Origin: Longimicrobiales bacterium
GTDB taxonomy: Bacteria > Gemmatimonadota > Gemmatimonadetes > Longimicrobiales > Gaopeijiaceae
Length of the DNA: 64,000 bases
Direction: 5' to 3'
Assembly: GCA_965223235.1 (NCBI GenBank)
Contig: CBDCVV010000016.1
Location: forward strand, 92,108 to 156,107
The notes below the pieces were generated by a model. That model was not told where the DNA came from, did no database searches, and saw only the letters and a list, made by a program, of their open reading frames with translations. Positions 24,838 to 33,522 of this stretch are shown here, piece by piece. Both the position numbers and the translations under genes were made by a program. The first letter of the stretch is position 1, and every line of letters begins with the position of its first letter.

Positions 24838-26073
24838 ATGCTTAGCTCCGTCTTCATGGATTTGGCCACGGCGCTCGGGTTGGGTCTGCTGGTGGGTCTT
24901 CAGAAGGAGCGGGCCGAGTCACCCCTGGCGGGCCTGCGCACGTTTGCGCTGGTTACCCTGAGCGGTTCTATAGCCGCGATCGTCGGAGAGGCCACGACGC
25001 CGTGGGTTGTTGTTGGTGGATTGCTGACAACGAGTGCGCTCATGGTGACGGGGAACGCCGTCCTTATGAAGGCCGAGGGCACGGACGCGGGCCAGACGAC
25101 GGAGGCCGCCGTGATCGTGATGTATCTGGTCGGCGCACTTGTGGTCGTCGCGCCCCGCGAGGTGGCGATTGTGTGCGGGGCGACCACCGCGATGTTGCTC
25201 CACCTTCGGGAAGAACTGAGAACGTGGGTGGATCGACTCAGCGATCGCGACGTGCGGGCGATCATGCAATTCGCCGTGATCTCGCTCGTGATCTTGCCAG
25301 TACTTCCCGATCAGGCGTACGGCCCTTACGAAGTGATCAACCCACGTCAGGTCTGGTGGATGGTTGTTCTGATCGTGGGGCTTAACCTCGCTGGCTACGG
25401 AGCTTTCCGACTCATGGGCGCGCGTGCGGGCACGGCCCTAGCAGGCGTGCTAGGCGGCGTGATATCGAGTACCGCGACGACTGTTTCCTATGCGCGACAG
25501 ACTAAGGCCGAGGGAGGGATGGAGGGCACCGCCGCCCTCGTAGTTTGGATCGCGTCTGGAGTCGTGTTCGTGCGTCTCTTGGTCGAGATCGGGGCCGTGG
25601 CTCCCGACTTTCTCCCGGTCGCGGCGGGCCCGTTGGTTGTGATGTTGGTGGTCTTCGCAGTGTTGGCTGGGTTGGTATGGCGGTCCGCGACGACCCCGGG
25701 TGAGATCCCTCTAGAGCCCGGAAACCCGACAGAGTTACGCCCCGCCATCTTCTTTGGCGCTTTGTACGCGTTCGTCCTCTTCATCGTGGCGGCCGGTCAG
25801 GACCTCATGGGAGACGCCGGGTTGTACGCGGCGGCCGCGGTCTCGGGGCTTACCGATGTGGATGCCATCACGTTATCCACGTCACGTCTCGTCGATACCG
25901 ACCGACTCGACCCCGATGTCGGGTGGCGCCTCGTCCTGATCGCGGTTCTTTCGAACCTGGTGTTCAAGCTCGGTCTGGCCGCGACCCTGGGCAGCCGGGA
26001 CTTTGCGAAGAAGCTCGGAAGGCTGGGTGCTGTGGCGCTCGCAGCGGGAGTGGGGATCTTGCTCCTCTGGTGA
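24838..26073 (+). CDS. MgtC/SapB-family plus DUF4010-type integral membrane protein
   Basis: 411 aa, polytopic. The N-terminus LGLGLLVGLQKERAESPLAGLRTFALVTLSG is typical of MgtC/DUF4010 proteins. GGAGGG RBS. Confidence 0.7.
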   Translation: MLSSVFMDLATALGLGLLVGLQKERAESPLAGLRTFALVTLSGSIAAIVGEATTPWVVVGGLLTTSALMVTGNAVLMKAEGTDAGQTTEAAVIVMYLVGALVVVAPREVAIVCGATTAMLLHLREELRTWVDRLSDRDVRAIMQFAVISLVILPVLPDQAYGPYEVINPRQVWWMVVLIVGLNLAGYGAFRLMGARAGTALAGVLGGVISSTATTVSYARQTKAEGGMEGTAALVVWIASGVVFVRLLVEIGAVAPDFLPVAAGPLVVMLVVFAVLAGLVWRSATTPGEIPLEPGNPTELRPAIFFGALYAFVLFIVAAGQDLMGDAGLYAAAAVSGLTDVDAITLSTSRLVDTDRLDPDVGWRLVLIAVLSNLVFKLGLAATLGSRDFAKKLGRLGAVALAAGVGILLLW

Positions 26074-26080
26074 GACGGTG

Positions 26081-26358
26081 GCCCAGCCGCATGCTGCGGC
26101 TGGGACCACCTATCGGGACGGCCGGATGTTGCTGCACGAGGCTCGGGCAGACGGTGGTTGAGAACATGGGCGTGCACCGATCCGGCGGTAGAAACAAGAA
26201 AGGCCCCAGCCGCATGCTGCGGCTGGGACCATCAATCGGGACGGCCGGATGTTGCTGCACGAGGCTCGGGCAGACGGTGGTTGAGAACATGGGCGTGCAC
26301 CGATCCGGCCGTGGAAACAAGAAAGGCCCCAGCCGCATGCTGCGGCTGGGACCACCCA
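26081..26358 (-). repeat. tandem array of about 2.3 x 123-bp tRNA-Pro(GGG) echo units
   Basis: tcgggacggccggat occurs at 26113 and 26236, and at 26359 in the real gene. The hairpin cccagccgca-tgc-tgcggctggg occurs at 26082, 26205 and 26328. Identity to the gene stops after ggat, inside the T-loop. Confidence 0.9.
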
Positions 26359-26432
26359 TCGGGACGGCCGGATTCGAACCGGCGACCCCCTGAACCCCAT
26401 TCAGGTGCGCTACCGGGCTGCGCCACGTCCCG
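26359..26432 (-). tRNA. tRNA-Pro (anticodon GGG)
   Basis: CGGGACG acceptor, anticodon arm CCUGA-AUGGGGU-UCAGG, T arm GCCGG-UUCGAAU-CCGGC. 74 nt. Confidence 0.9.
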
Positions 26433-26633
26433 TCTTCCGCGAACCGCCGGAAGGGACGACAAGCTACCTAATCAGGTAGATGTCGGGAACCATCGGGCCG
26501 CAGTGCTCTCTGGGTCCATATGGATGGCGGAGCTCCGCGGAGTCGGAGCAACCACGAGCTCGCCGGACACAGTCCTAGGGGGTAGAGAAGCACTCACCGC
26601 AGCTGGCGATCCCCTCAGTCCGGAGTCGACCGT

Positions 26634-27857
26634 ATGGTCACCGACCGCGTCTTGGTTTGCCTCGCCCTGTTCCTCTTGGTGTGCGCTTGTGGAGACGCCG
26701 ACTCGCTGGCAAGCGATTCCGACCTTGCCGGGACGGATGGGTCACCCCTTGAGTCGAAGATCGTCGAGAACGCCGGTTCGGGTGCTTGGGGGGCAGATGA
26801 TGCCTGGCGCTTGGAGGAGGTCATGGCCGCTGGGACTGGCTCGGGGTCAGAGAGGCCGTTTGGGGATGTTTCCGGGCTCGACGTGGATGAGGCCGGCAAC
26901 GTGTACGTGGCGGACAAGCTCGCGCAGGAGATCCGTGTCTTTGATGGGGCCGGGAACCCGCTTCGAACGATCGGCCGGGCAGGTTCGGGGCCGGGGGAGT
27001 TTGGGGGAAACATCGGCGGCGTCTTCGTTATTGGCCAAGAGTTGATTGTTCCTGATGTCGCTAATCAGCGGGTATCACGCTTCGCGTTGTCCGGGACCTT
27101 CATCGATTCTCGCCGAGTGAGTGCCGAGGCCGGGGTTCCGATTCGGTGGGATGTCGCGGACGGCCGCTTGGTGGCTCAACGCCGCAGGGTGGTGCCGGGA
27201 GATCGTGATGTGGTCGAGGGCGACCGGATCGTATCGCTGACTCCTCCTGAAGACACACTGGTCCTACTGCCGCCTGGCCAGGCCGTCCAGATCACCGGGG
27301 AGGGTCCGATCATCCGTCAATTCCATCCTGAACCGGTCTGGGACTCGACGTACGACGGGCGGCTCGTCATTGCCATGACAGACGAGTGGCGCTTCGTAGT
27401 TCGCGACGCCGGTGGCCGCGTGGAATGGGTGGCGACTCGACCGATGGAGACCGCGCGGACATCCTCCGCAGATCGTGACGCCGTGCGTACATCGCTGAGA
27501 GAGATGTACACACGACAAGGCATCCCGGCTGCGGCCAGGGAAGCCGTGATCGATCGCATGGAGTTCGCCGACCGACTTCCCGCTCTGACGTCGGTGATCT
27601 TCGGTCCCAATGATTCGCTGTGGGTCCGCCACTTCGTCGCGCCCTCGACTTCCGAAAGAGGACGCACACGAGTCCTGGTGGAGGAGATGGGGTCCACGGA
27701 TTGGAGTGTGTTCGACGCGACAGGCCACTACTTAGGGGACGTGTCGTTCCCCACAGACTTCACTCCCGTACAAGTTGTGGATGACCGCTTCTACGGAGTT
27801 GTGTTCAACGAGCACGACGTCCAATCCGTTCGCAGCTACCGCGTGGTCACCGAGTAG
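26634..27857 (+). CDS. beta-propeller (NHL/6-bladed-like) lipoprotein
   Basis: 407 aa with lipobox LLVCACG. GSGPGEFG-type NHL-like repeat signatures. Confidence 0.55.
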   Translation: MVTDRVLVCLALFLLVCACGDADSLASDSDLAGTDGSPLESKIVENAGSGAWGADDAWRLEEVMAAGTGSGSERPFGDVSGLDVDEAGNVYVADKLAQEIRVFDGAGNPLRTIGRAGSGPGEFGGNIGGVFVIGQELIVPDVANQRVSRFALSGTFIDSRRVSAEAGVPIRWDVADGRLVAQRRRVVPGDRDVVEGDRIVSLTPPEDTLVLLPPGQAVQITGEGPIIRQFHPEPVWDSTYDGRLVIAMTDEWRFVVRDAGGRVEWVATRPMETARTSSADRDAVRTSLREMYTRQGIPAAAREAVIDRMEFADRLPALTSVIFGPNDSLWVRHFVAPSTSERGRTRVLVEEMGSTDWSVFDATGHYLGDVSFPTDFTPVQVVDDRFYGVVFNEHDVQSVRSYRVVTE

Positions 27858-27916
27858 CCGTTCCCTGACATACCGCGGTACCTTGACTGCTGAGAGCAGA
27901 GGAAATCGGAGGGAGG

Positions 27917-28516
27917 ATGTTGGTGTTTCGTGCACAACTGGAGCGAGTGGCGTCCGTAGTGCTCGTGGCGATTGTGGGGGCCGCGTGTGCCGATCAGCCG
28001 AATGAACAGGCGACAGGGACGGAGGATGCCGCCCCTGTGGTCGAGCTATCGGGGGCTGAGGCCGCGTTCGCCACGGCTACCGACCTCGGTATCCGGAATG
28101 CCCGACACCCTATGGACGATGTCGTCACTGCCGGACAGCCGACGGAGGAACAGATGGTTGCTCTGGTGGAGTCGGGTGTTCGTCACGCGATCTCGCTGCG
28201 GCCAGCGTCTGAAGATGGAGCGGGGTGGGAGGAGGCCCACGCAGAGGGAGCCGGGTACGACTTCGCTCGACTCCCGATCTCGGGTGCGGAGTCGCTGACG
28301 CGCGAGACGGTCGAGGAGTTCGCGGCCCTCCTCGACGAGGCGGGGGGCGAGCCGACTCTCTTGTACTGCGCGAGCAGTAATCGGGTTGGCGCGCTGGTCG
28401 CTCTTAAGGCGGCTTGGATCGATGGAGCAGATCCGCAGGATGCGTTAGAGCAGGGGCTCTCGGCCGGGCTCACGCGGCTGGAAGCGCCGGTCCGTGGCCT
28501 CCTGGGAATCGACTAG
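27917..28516 (+). CDS. secreted DUF442/phosphatase-like (sulfur-transferase-associated) domain protein
   Basis: 199 aa with a signal/lipobox (VAIVGAACAD). The active-site-like loop YCASSNRVG resembles the CxxxxR loop of DUF442 proteins. Confidence 0.5.
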   Translation: MLVFRAQLERVASVVLVAIVGAACADQPNEQATGTEDAAPVVELSGAEAAFATATDLGIRNARHPMDDVVTAGQPTEEQMVALVESGVRHAISLRPASEDGAGWEEAHAEGAGYDFARLPISGAESLTRETVEEFAALLDEAGGEPTLLYCASSNRVGALVALKAAWIDGADPQDALEQGLSAGLTRLEAPVRGLLGID

Positions 28517-28581
28517 CCGATACCCAGCGCTCGAAGTTTCGAGGCGAGCGGGGGCCTGGGCCGCGACCGAGACGGTCCTTC

Positions 28582-29322
28582 TTACCGGACCGAGAGCGCG
28601 GGCACGGGCGCGAGGATCACTTGCCGCGTCCCGACGATGAGGCGGTCCATGGCGCGACGTGCGGCGACGGCCTCCCACGCAGTCCAGAACGACTCGTATT
28701 GCCCCAACGACTCGAAGCCGAACGTTCTGAGGTAGCTCCAGTCATCTGCGACTAAGAAGCGCCCTGTCGAGGAGTGGATGTTCTTATCGCGCTCGAAGGA
28801 GACGGCCTCGAGCGTGGCCTGCTCGAAGGCACGGGCATCCTTCGGCGCGACCCGGTACCACACGAAGGCGACGAGCGGCGAATCGGTCGGATCTCCGACC
28901 CCCAGGGATGGGAGCATGCGCACGAACTGGTCATGATGGGAGGCAGAGTGGGCTCCGATGGCGCCATAGAGCGCTCCAATGCTCTTTCCTTCCCGCCCGG
29001 CAATCGCGCGCAAAGAGTCATTCGATTCGTCCATCCCGGCCATCCCCTCGAATGAGCTCACGACGACCAGGTCGAGCGGGACGGGGCTCTCCACTTCGCG
29101 AAATGCCCGGAAGGAGCGCATCGCGACGTCTTGCCGGTAAAGCGCCAGCACCTCGTCCCGATAGATACCGATCGCCTCGGCGCTCTGGCCGGGGAGGAAG
29201 GAGAAGGTGACGAGCTGCCGGACCTCTCCCTCGAATGGGGCTTGGCCCGCGGCACTTGGCGGGCCGGACATGAGTCCGGACCCTACGAGGGCGACCGTCG
29301 CGAGGAGATGTGCCCGCCTCAC
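28582..29322 (-). CDS. hypothetical secreted protein
   Basis: 246 aa with a signal peptide ending SAAGQ. No family recognised. Confidence 0.4.
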   Translation of the reverse strand: MRRAHLLATVALVGSGLMSGPPSAAGQAPFEGEVRQLVTFSFLPGQSAEAIGIYRDEVLALYRQDVAMRSFRAFREVESPVPLDLVVVSSFEGMAGMDESNDSLRAIAGREGKSIGALYGAIGAHSASHHDQFVRMLPSLGVGDPTDSPLVAFVWYRVAPKDARAFEQATLEAVSFERDKNIHSSTGRFLVADDWSYLRTFGFESLGQYESFWTAWEAVAARRAMDRLIVGTRQVILAPVPALSVR

Positions 29323-30551
29323 CGGGTACCGGCGGGCTCAATGCGGAGGATGGCGGTTGGGGGGCCGTCTTCCCAACGCGTACCGCCGTCGAGTGCGATG
29401 TAGATGAAACCGTCGGGCCCCTCCCGGATGTCCCGAATTCGCCCGACGTCTTGGAGCACGGTCTCGGTCCGAACGACGTCGGTACCATCGATGCGCACCC
29501 GATCGAGTTTTTGGCCCCTCAGTCCCCCGACGAACATGTCGCCCTTCCATCGGGGGAAGGCGTCTCCTTGGTAGAACATCATCCCGCTCACTCCGATCGA
29601 CGGAACCCAGACGTGCGTGGGTTGAGCCGTCCCTTCGAGGTGGGTCCCGGCATGGATCGCCGAGCCGGTACGGTAGTTCACCCCATACCCGACGACAGGC
29701 CAACCGAAGTTTGCGGCCGGTTCCAGCAGATTGAGTTCGTCTCCTCCCTGAGGCCCATGCTCATTGAGCCACACCAGGTCCGTCGCTGGATCGACGGCGA
29801 GTCCCTGGGCATTCCGGTGTCCGTAACTCCAGATCTCATCGCGTGCTCCATCGACATCGACGAACGGGTTGTCCTGAGGCACCCGACCGTCGTCGTGAAG
29901 GCGTACCGTGGTTCCATTGTGGTTGGTGAGATCTTGCGCAGGGTGGGCGGAGAGATCCCCCTCGGACGGCCACTGCCGATCTCCTAGAGTGACGTAGAGG
30001 AAGTTCGAGCCGTCGAAGGCGAGTCGCCCCCCCCACATCGAGCTACGCTCCGTTCCGTTTGGTGAAGCGTCAGCGTGAAAAATCTCCTCCACGTCCGAAA
30101 GGCGCTCCCCATCGAAGCTCCCTCGAATCACGGCGAGGTTGCCCAGCGAGTCCGCGTCGGGCTTCACATAGCTGACGTACAGGAGTCCGTTGTTCTCGTA
30201 GTCGGGATGAAGGACTACGTCCCGTAGGCCTGCTTGCTCTAGTCCGTTCATGGCGCGGGCGCCACGCCCGAGGGCCGCGACCGGCGGGAGCCCGGCGACC
30301 GGCGTCTCGAGTAGCTGACCGTCTCTCACGATGCGAAGGTCACCCGGGCGTTCAGTCACCAAGAGGTCGCCGTCCGGGGTGAAGGCCATCGCGAACGGAT
30401 TGATGAGCCCTTCGACCACGGTCGTCACCTTGAAATCATGCTCCGCTGAGCGGATGACCGACGCGTCGGACACAGGTGCTTCGGGTGCCGGCGTGCATCC
30501 ACTTGAAGCCATGACGACAAGCGCGGCGAGCGGCAGCGACGGGTGATTCAT
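29319..30551 (-). CDS. PQQ-dependent sugar dehydrogenase (soluble glucose/sorbosone dehydrogenase family)
   Basis: The beta-propeller pattern includes HGPQGGDELN, GWP..GYG and GRIRDI..GPDG. The start at 30551 gives a lipoprotein signal (LAALVVMASSGC). The ORF is open up to 30638. Confidence 0.75.
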   Translation of the reverse strand: MNHPSLPLAALVVMASSGCTPAPEAPVSDASVIRSAEHDFKVTTVVEGLINPFAMAFTPDGDLLVTERPGDLRIVRDGQLLETPVAGLPPVAALGRGARAMNGLEQAGLRDVVLHPDYENNGLLYVSYVKPDADSLGNLAVIRGSFDGERLSDVEEIFHADASPNGTERSSMWGGRLAFDGSNFLYVTLGDRQWPSEGDLSAHPAQDLTNHNGTTVRLHDDGRVPQDNPFVDVDGARDEIWSYGHRNAQGLAVDPATDLVWLNEHGPQGGDELNLLEPAANFGWPVVGYGVNYRTGSAIHAGTHLEGTAQPTHVWVPSIGVSGMMFYQGDAFPRWKGDMFVGGLRGQKLDRVRIDGTDVVRTETVLQDVGRIRDIREGPDGFIYIALDGGTRWEDGPPTAILRIEPAGTR

Positions 30552-30728
30552 CGAGATTCGAGTCACGGTCTTTACAGGGTCCGGTAGCGGGCGTGGGAGG
30601 GGTGATGAATACCCGTGTGGGCGCCGTCGGGAAAGCACGCGTGCTGATGAGTCCCCATCCCCCGCGACCGGTGGCGAAACGGGATCGAGGTGGCCAGCTT
30701 CTCACAGATTCCAACGCAGGAGGGGAGT

Positions 30729-32006
30729 ATGACTCTCATGAGACAGAAGCGTTTCACGGTGCAGGTAGCGTCCATCCTCGGGCTGGCGGTGCTCGCGACT
30801 GCCTGTGCCGAACAGGCTGCGACACCAGAGCCGTCCGATGCGACGGTGTTCGAGGGCGCCCGACTCATCGTGGGCGACGGATCCGTAGTCGACAACGCAG
30901 TCTTCGTTGTCGACGATGGTTCGATCACCGCTGCGGGTGCCGCAGGCACGGTGGAGGTGCCTGAGGGAGCCACTCATGTCGACTTGAGCGGCCGGACCGT
31001 GATGCCCGCCCTCGTCAACGCGCACTTCCATCTCTCTTCAGATGGGGCAGAACGGATCCGCCAACTCCGCCACCTGGCCTACTACGGATCGAGCGCGGCG
31101 ATTAGTCTCGGGCTCGACGACGGTGTGATGGGGTTGGTCATGAGGGGCGGGACGATTCCTTCTGGTGCTCGATCCCAGAGTGCGGGACGGGGAATCACGA
31201 GCCCGGAACCCGGACGGTCTGAGGTCCCCCACTGGGTCACGACCCAGGACGAGGCGAGGGAGGCGGTCCAAGAACTCGCGGCTCAGAACGTCGACTTCGT
31301 GAAGGTCTGGGTGGATAGCCGCGGTGGGCAGTACGAGCGACTCTCTCCGGAACTTTACGGTGCTGTCATCGACGAGGCCCACGCGAACGGACTCCGTGTG
31401 ACGGCCCACGTCTTCACACTCGAGGATGCGAAGGGATTGCTCGAGGCCGGAGTCGATGCCTTCGCCCACGGCGTTCGTGACATGGATGTCGATGACGCCA
31501 TCGTCGAGATGTGGACGAGTAGACCGGACGTGGTGCTCGTCCCCAACCTGCCCGGTCCGGGCGTGCCGGTAGACGTGGCTTGGCTCGGCGGTTCGTTGCC
31601 GGCCGAGACTGTGGAGCAGATGGCTTCTGCGCAAAGAGAAAACCCATCTGCACAGGCGGCTTTTGGAATTCAGGCCCGGAATCTCGTGCGTCTACATGAA
31701 GCGGGTGTGAAGATCGCGTTCGGTACCGACGGAGGGTCGCCGTGGGCCGTGCATCAGGAATTGGAAGACATGGTGCGCGCGGGGATGAGCCCGAGCGACG
31801 TGATCGTCGCAGCGACGAAGAATTCGGCAGAGCTACTTCGAATCGACGACCTAGGTACGATCGCCCCCGGCATGAGCGCCGACTTCGTCGTCCTGGACGC
31901 CAATCCGCTCGATGACATTACGAACACTCGCCGGATCGCCGCCGTGTGGATCGGCGGTCATGAGATCGACCGAGCATCGATAGGGGCGCAGTTCCGAGGG
32001 GAGTAG
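30729..32006 (+). CDS. amidohydrolase family lipoprotein (metal-dependent hydrolase)
   Basis: The ATG at 30729 follows AGGAGGGGAG. Lipobox LATACA. Contains the VNAHFH metal-binding motif and a C-terminal GTDGG...D pattern. Confidence 0.75.
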   Translation: MTLMRQKRFTVQVASILGLAVLATACAEQAATPEPSDATVFEGARLIVGDGSVVDNAVFVVDDGSITAAGAAGTVEVPEGATHVDLSGRTVMPALVNAHFHLSSDGAERIRQLRHLAYYGSSAAISLGLDDGVMGLVMRGGTIPSGARSQSAGRGITSPEPGRSEVPHWVTTQDEAREAVQELAAQNVDFVKVWVDSRGGQYERLSPELYGAVIDEAHANGLRVTAHVFTLEDAKGLLEAGVDAFAHGVRDMDVDDAIVEMWTSRPDVVLVPNLPGPGVPVDVAWLGGSLPAETVEQMASAQRENPSAQAAFGIQARNLVRLHEAGVKIAFGTDGGSPWAVHQELEDMVRAGMSPSDVIVAATKNSAELLRIDDLGTIAPGMSADFVVLDANPLDDITNTRRIAAVWIGGHEIDRASIGAQFRGE

Positions 32007-32019
32007 CCGGTTCTCCCGC

Positions 32020-33522
32020 TCAGTTCGGAGTGGCGAGCGCCTCGAGGAATGCGTTCCCATACCGCTCCAACTTCGCGGGGCCGACGCCGGGCACATCGAG
32101 GAGCTCGGCGTCGGTCCGCGGCCGGCGGACTACCATTTCACGAAGCACGGCGTCGCTAAAAACGATGTAGGCCGGTACTCGCTGCCGCTCCGCGAGATCC
32201 TTCCGAAGTGACCGGAGTTGCTCGAAGAGTTCCTCCCCGGCCGCGTCCAGCGACACCACGTCGGACTTGGAGCTGGTACGAGCTCGCTTGATGGAACGGG
32301 TCGCCGCGGGTCCGGCCAGCTCCTCTACCCGTTCCCCGGTACAAACGTCGCACGAGGTGCCACAGCTCCCCGACTCTTCGTCGAAGTACCGAAGAATACC
32401 CTGATGTCGGCACGCCCCGGAGTCGACCATCCGAAAGAGGGCTACCGTCTTATCGTGCTTGAGGCGGGCCACATCGGCGGGTAGGTCGGCGAGGAAGCGT
32501 TCGTGCAGCTTCACGTCCGCCCACGAATAGAAGAGAAAGCAGTCGCTGGGGAGTCCATCTCGTCCAGCTCGACCGATCTCTTGATACCACGATTCGATGT
32601 CTTTCGGCATGTCCCGGTGTATCACGAAGCGCACGTTCGACTTGTCGATTCCCATTCCAAAGGCCACCGTCGCGACGATCACATCGACGTCGTCGTGTTG
32701 GAATGCTTCTTGGTTGCGCTTCCGTGATTCCGAGTCGAGTCCGGCGTGATAGGGCAGGGCGTTGACTCCCTGGTGGCGGAGGAAGTCTGCGGTTTGCTCC
32801 ACAGCTTTTCGACTCGAGCAGTACACGATCCCAGACTCGCCGGCGTGTCTTCGGACCAAACCGAGGATTTCTGAGCGCGTATTGCCGACCCCCTTCTTTC
32901 GGCATCCGACCCGGAGGTTCGGTCGGAAGAACGATCCCTTGTAGCCCGCGGGCTTCGACATGCCCAACTGTCTTAGGATGTCACGAGCTACGGGGCGCGT
33001 TGCGGTAGCTGTGAGGGCGAGGACAGGGACGCCCAGGCGCTCTTTGAGCCCACGAAGCTGCCGGTACGAGGGCCTGAAGTCGTGGCCCCATTGGCTGATA
33101 CAATGCGCCTCGTCTACTACTAGGAGGGAGATCGGGCACTTGGCCATGTAGTCGCGGAGCCGTCCGTCCAAGCCTTCCGGGGCCATGTAGACGAGTTCGA
33201 GCCGCCCCGCTCTGAGCGCGTCGAGCCTTCGCTCACGTTCGCTACCCGCGAGAGACGAGTTGATCTCGACGGCTTCGAAGCCGTAGCTGCGAAGGGAGTC
33301 GACCTGATCCTTCATCAAGCTGATGAGTGGTGAGACGACCAGCACCGTACCCGGCATCATCTTCGCCGGGAGCTGGTAGGTCAGCGACTTGCCCGCCCCG
33401 GTGGGCATGACGCCAATGCAGTCCTTCCCGGCGAGGACCGCGTCGACGATTTCGAGTTGCCCGGGTCGGAAATGATCGAAGCCGAAGGTGTTCTTCAGTG
33501 CTTCGTGCGGATCCGTCGTCAC
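32020..33522 (-). CDS. recQ: ATP-dependent DNA helicase RecQ
   Basis: 500 aa. Motifs [28 protein letters not shown], the Zn-binding Cys cluster and a C-terminal HRDC. Its GTG start overlaps the kinase stop (GTGA). Confidence 0.9.
   Translation of the reverse strand: MTTDPHEALKNTFGFDHFRPGQLEIVDAVLAGKDCIGVMPTGAGKSLTYQLPAKMMPGTVLVVSPLISLMKDQVDSLRSYGFEAVEINSSLAGSERERRLDALRAGRLELVYMAPEGLDGRLRDYMAKCPISLLVVDEAHCISQWGHDFRPSYRQLRGLKERLGVPVLALTATATRPVARDILRQLGMSKPAGYKGSFFRPNLRVGCRKKGVGNTRSEILGLVRRHAGESGIVYCSSRKAVEQTADFLRHQGVNALPYHAGLDSESRKRNQEAFQHDDVDVIVATVAFGMGIDKSNVRFVIHRDMPKDIESWYQEIGRAGRDGLPSDCFLFYSWADVKLHERFLADLPADVARLKHDKTVALFRMVDSGACRHQGILRYFDEESGSCGTSCDVCTGERVEELAGPAATRSIKRARTSSKSDVVSLDAAGEELFEQLRSLRKDLAERQRVPAYIVFSDAVLREMVVRRPRTDAELLDVPGVGPAKLERYGNAFLEALATPN

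Noticed and set aside
25964-26359. 131-aa minus-strand ORF with a 41-aa internal repeat across the 123-bp Pro(GGG) echo units.
   Set aside because: 123 bp is a multiple of 3, so the repeat stays in frame by construction. The ORF begins inside the tRNA gene, overlaps terminator hairpins and the end of the MgtC-like gene, and has no RBS.
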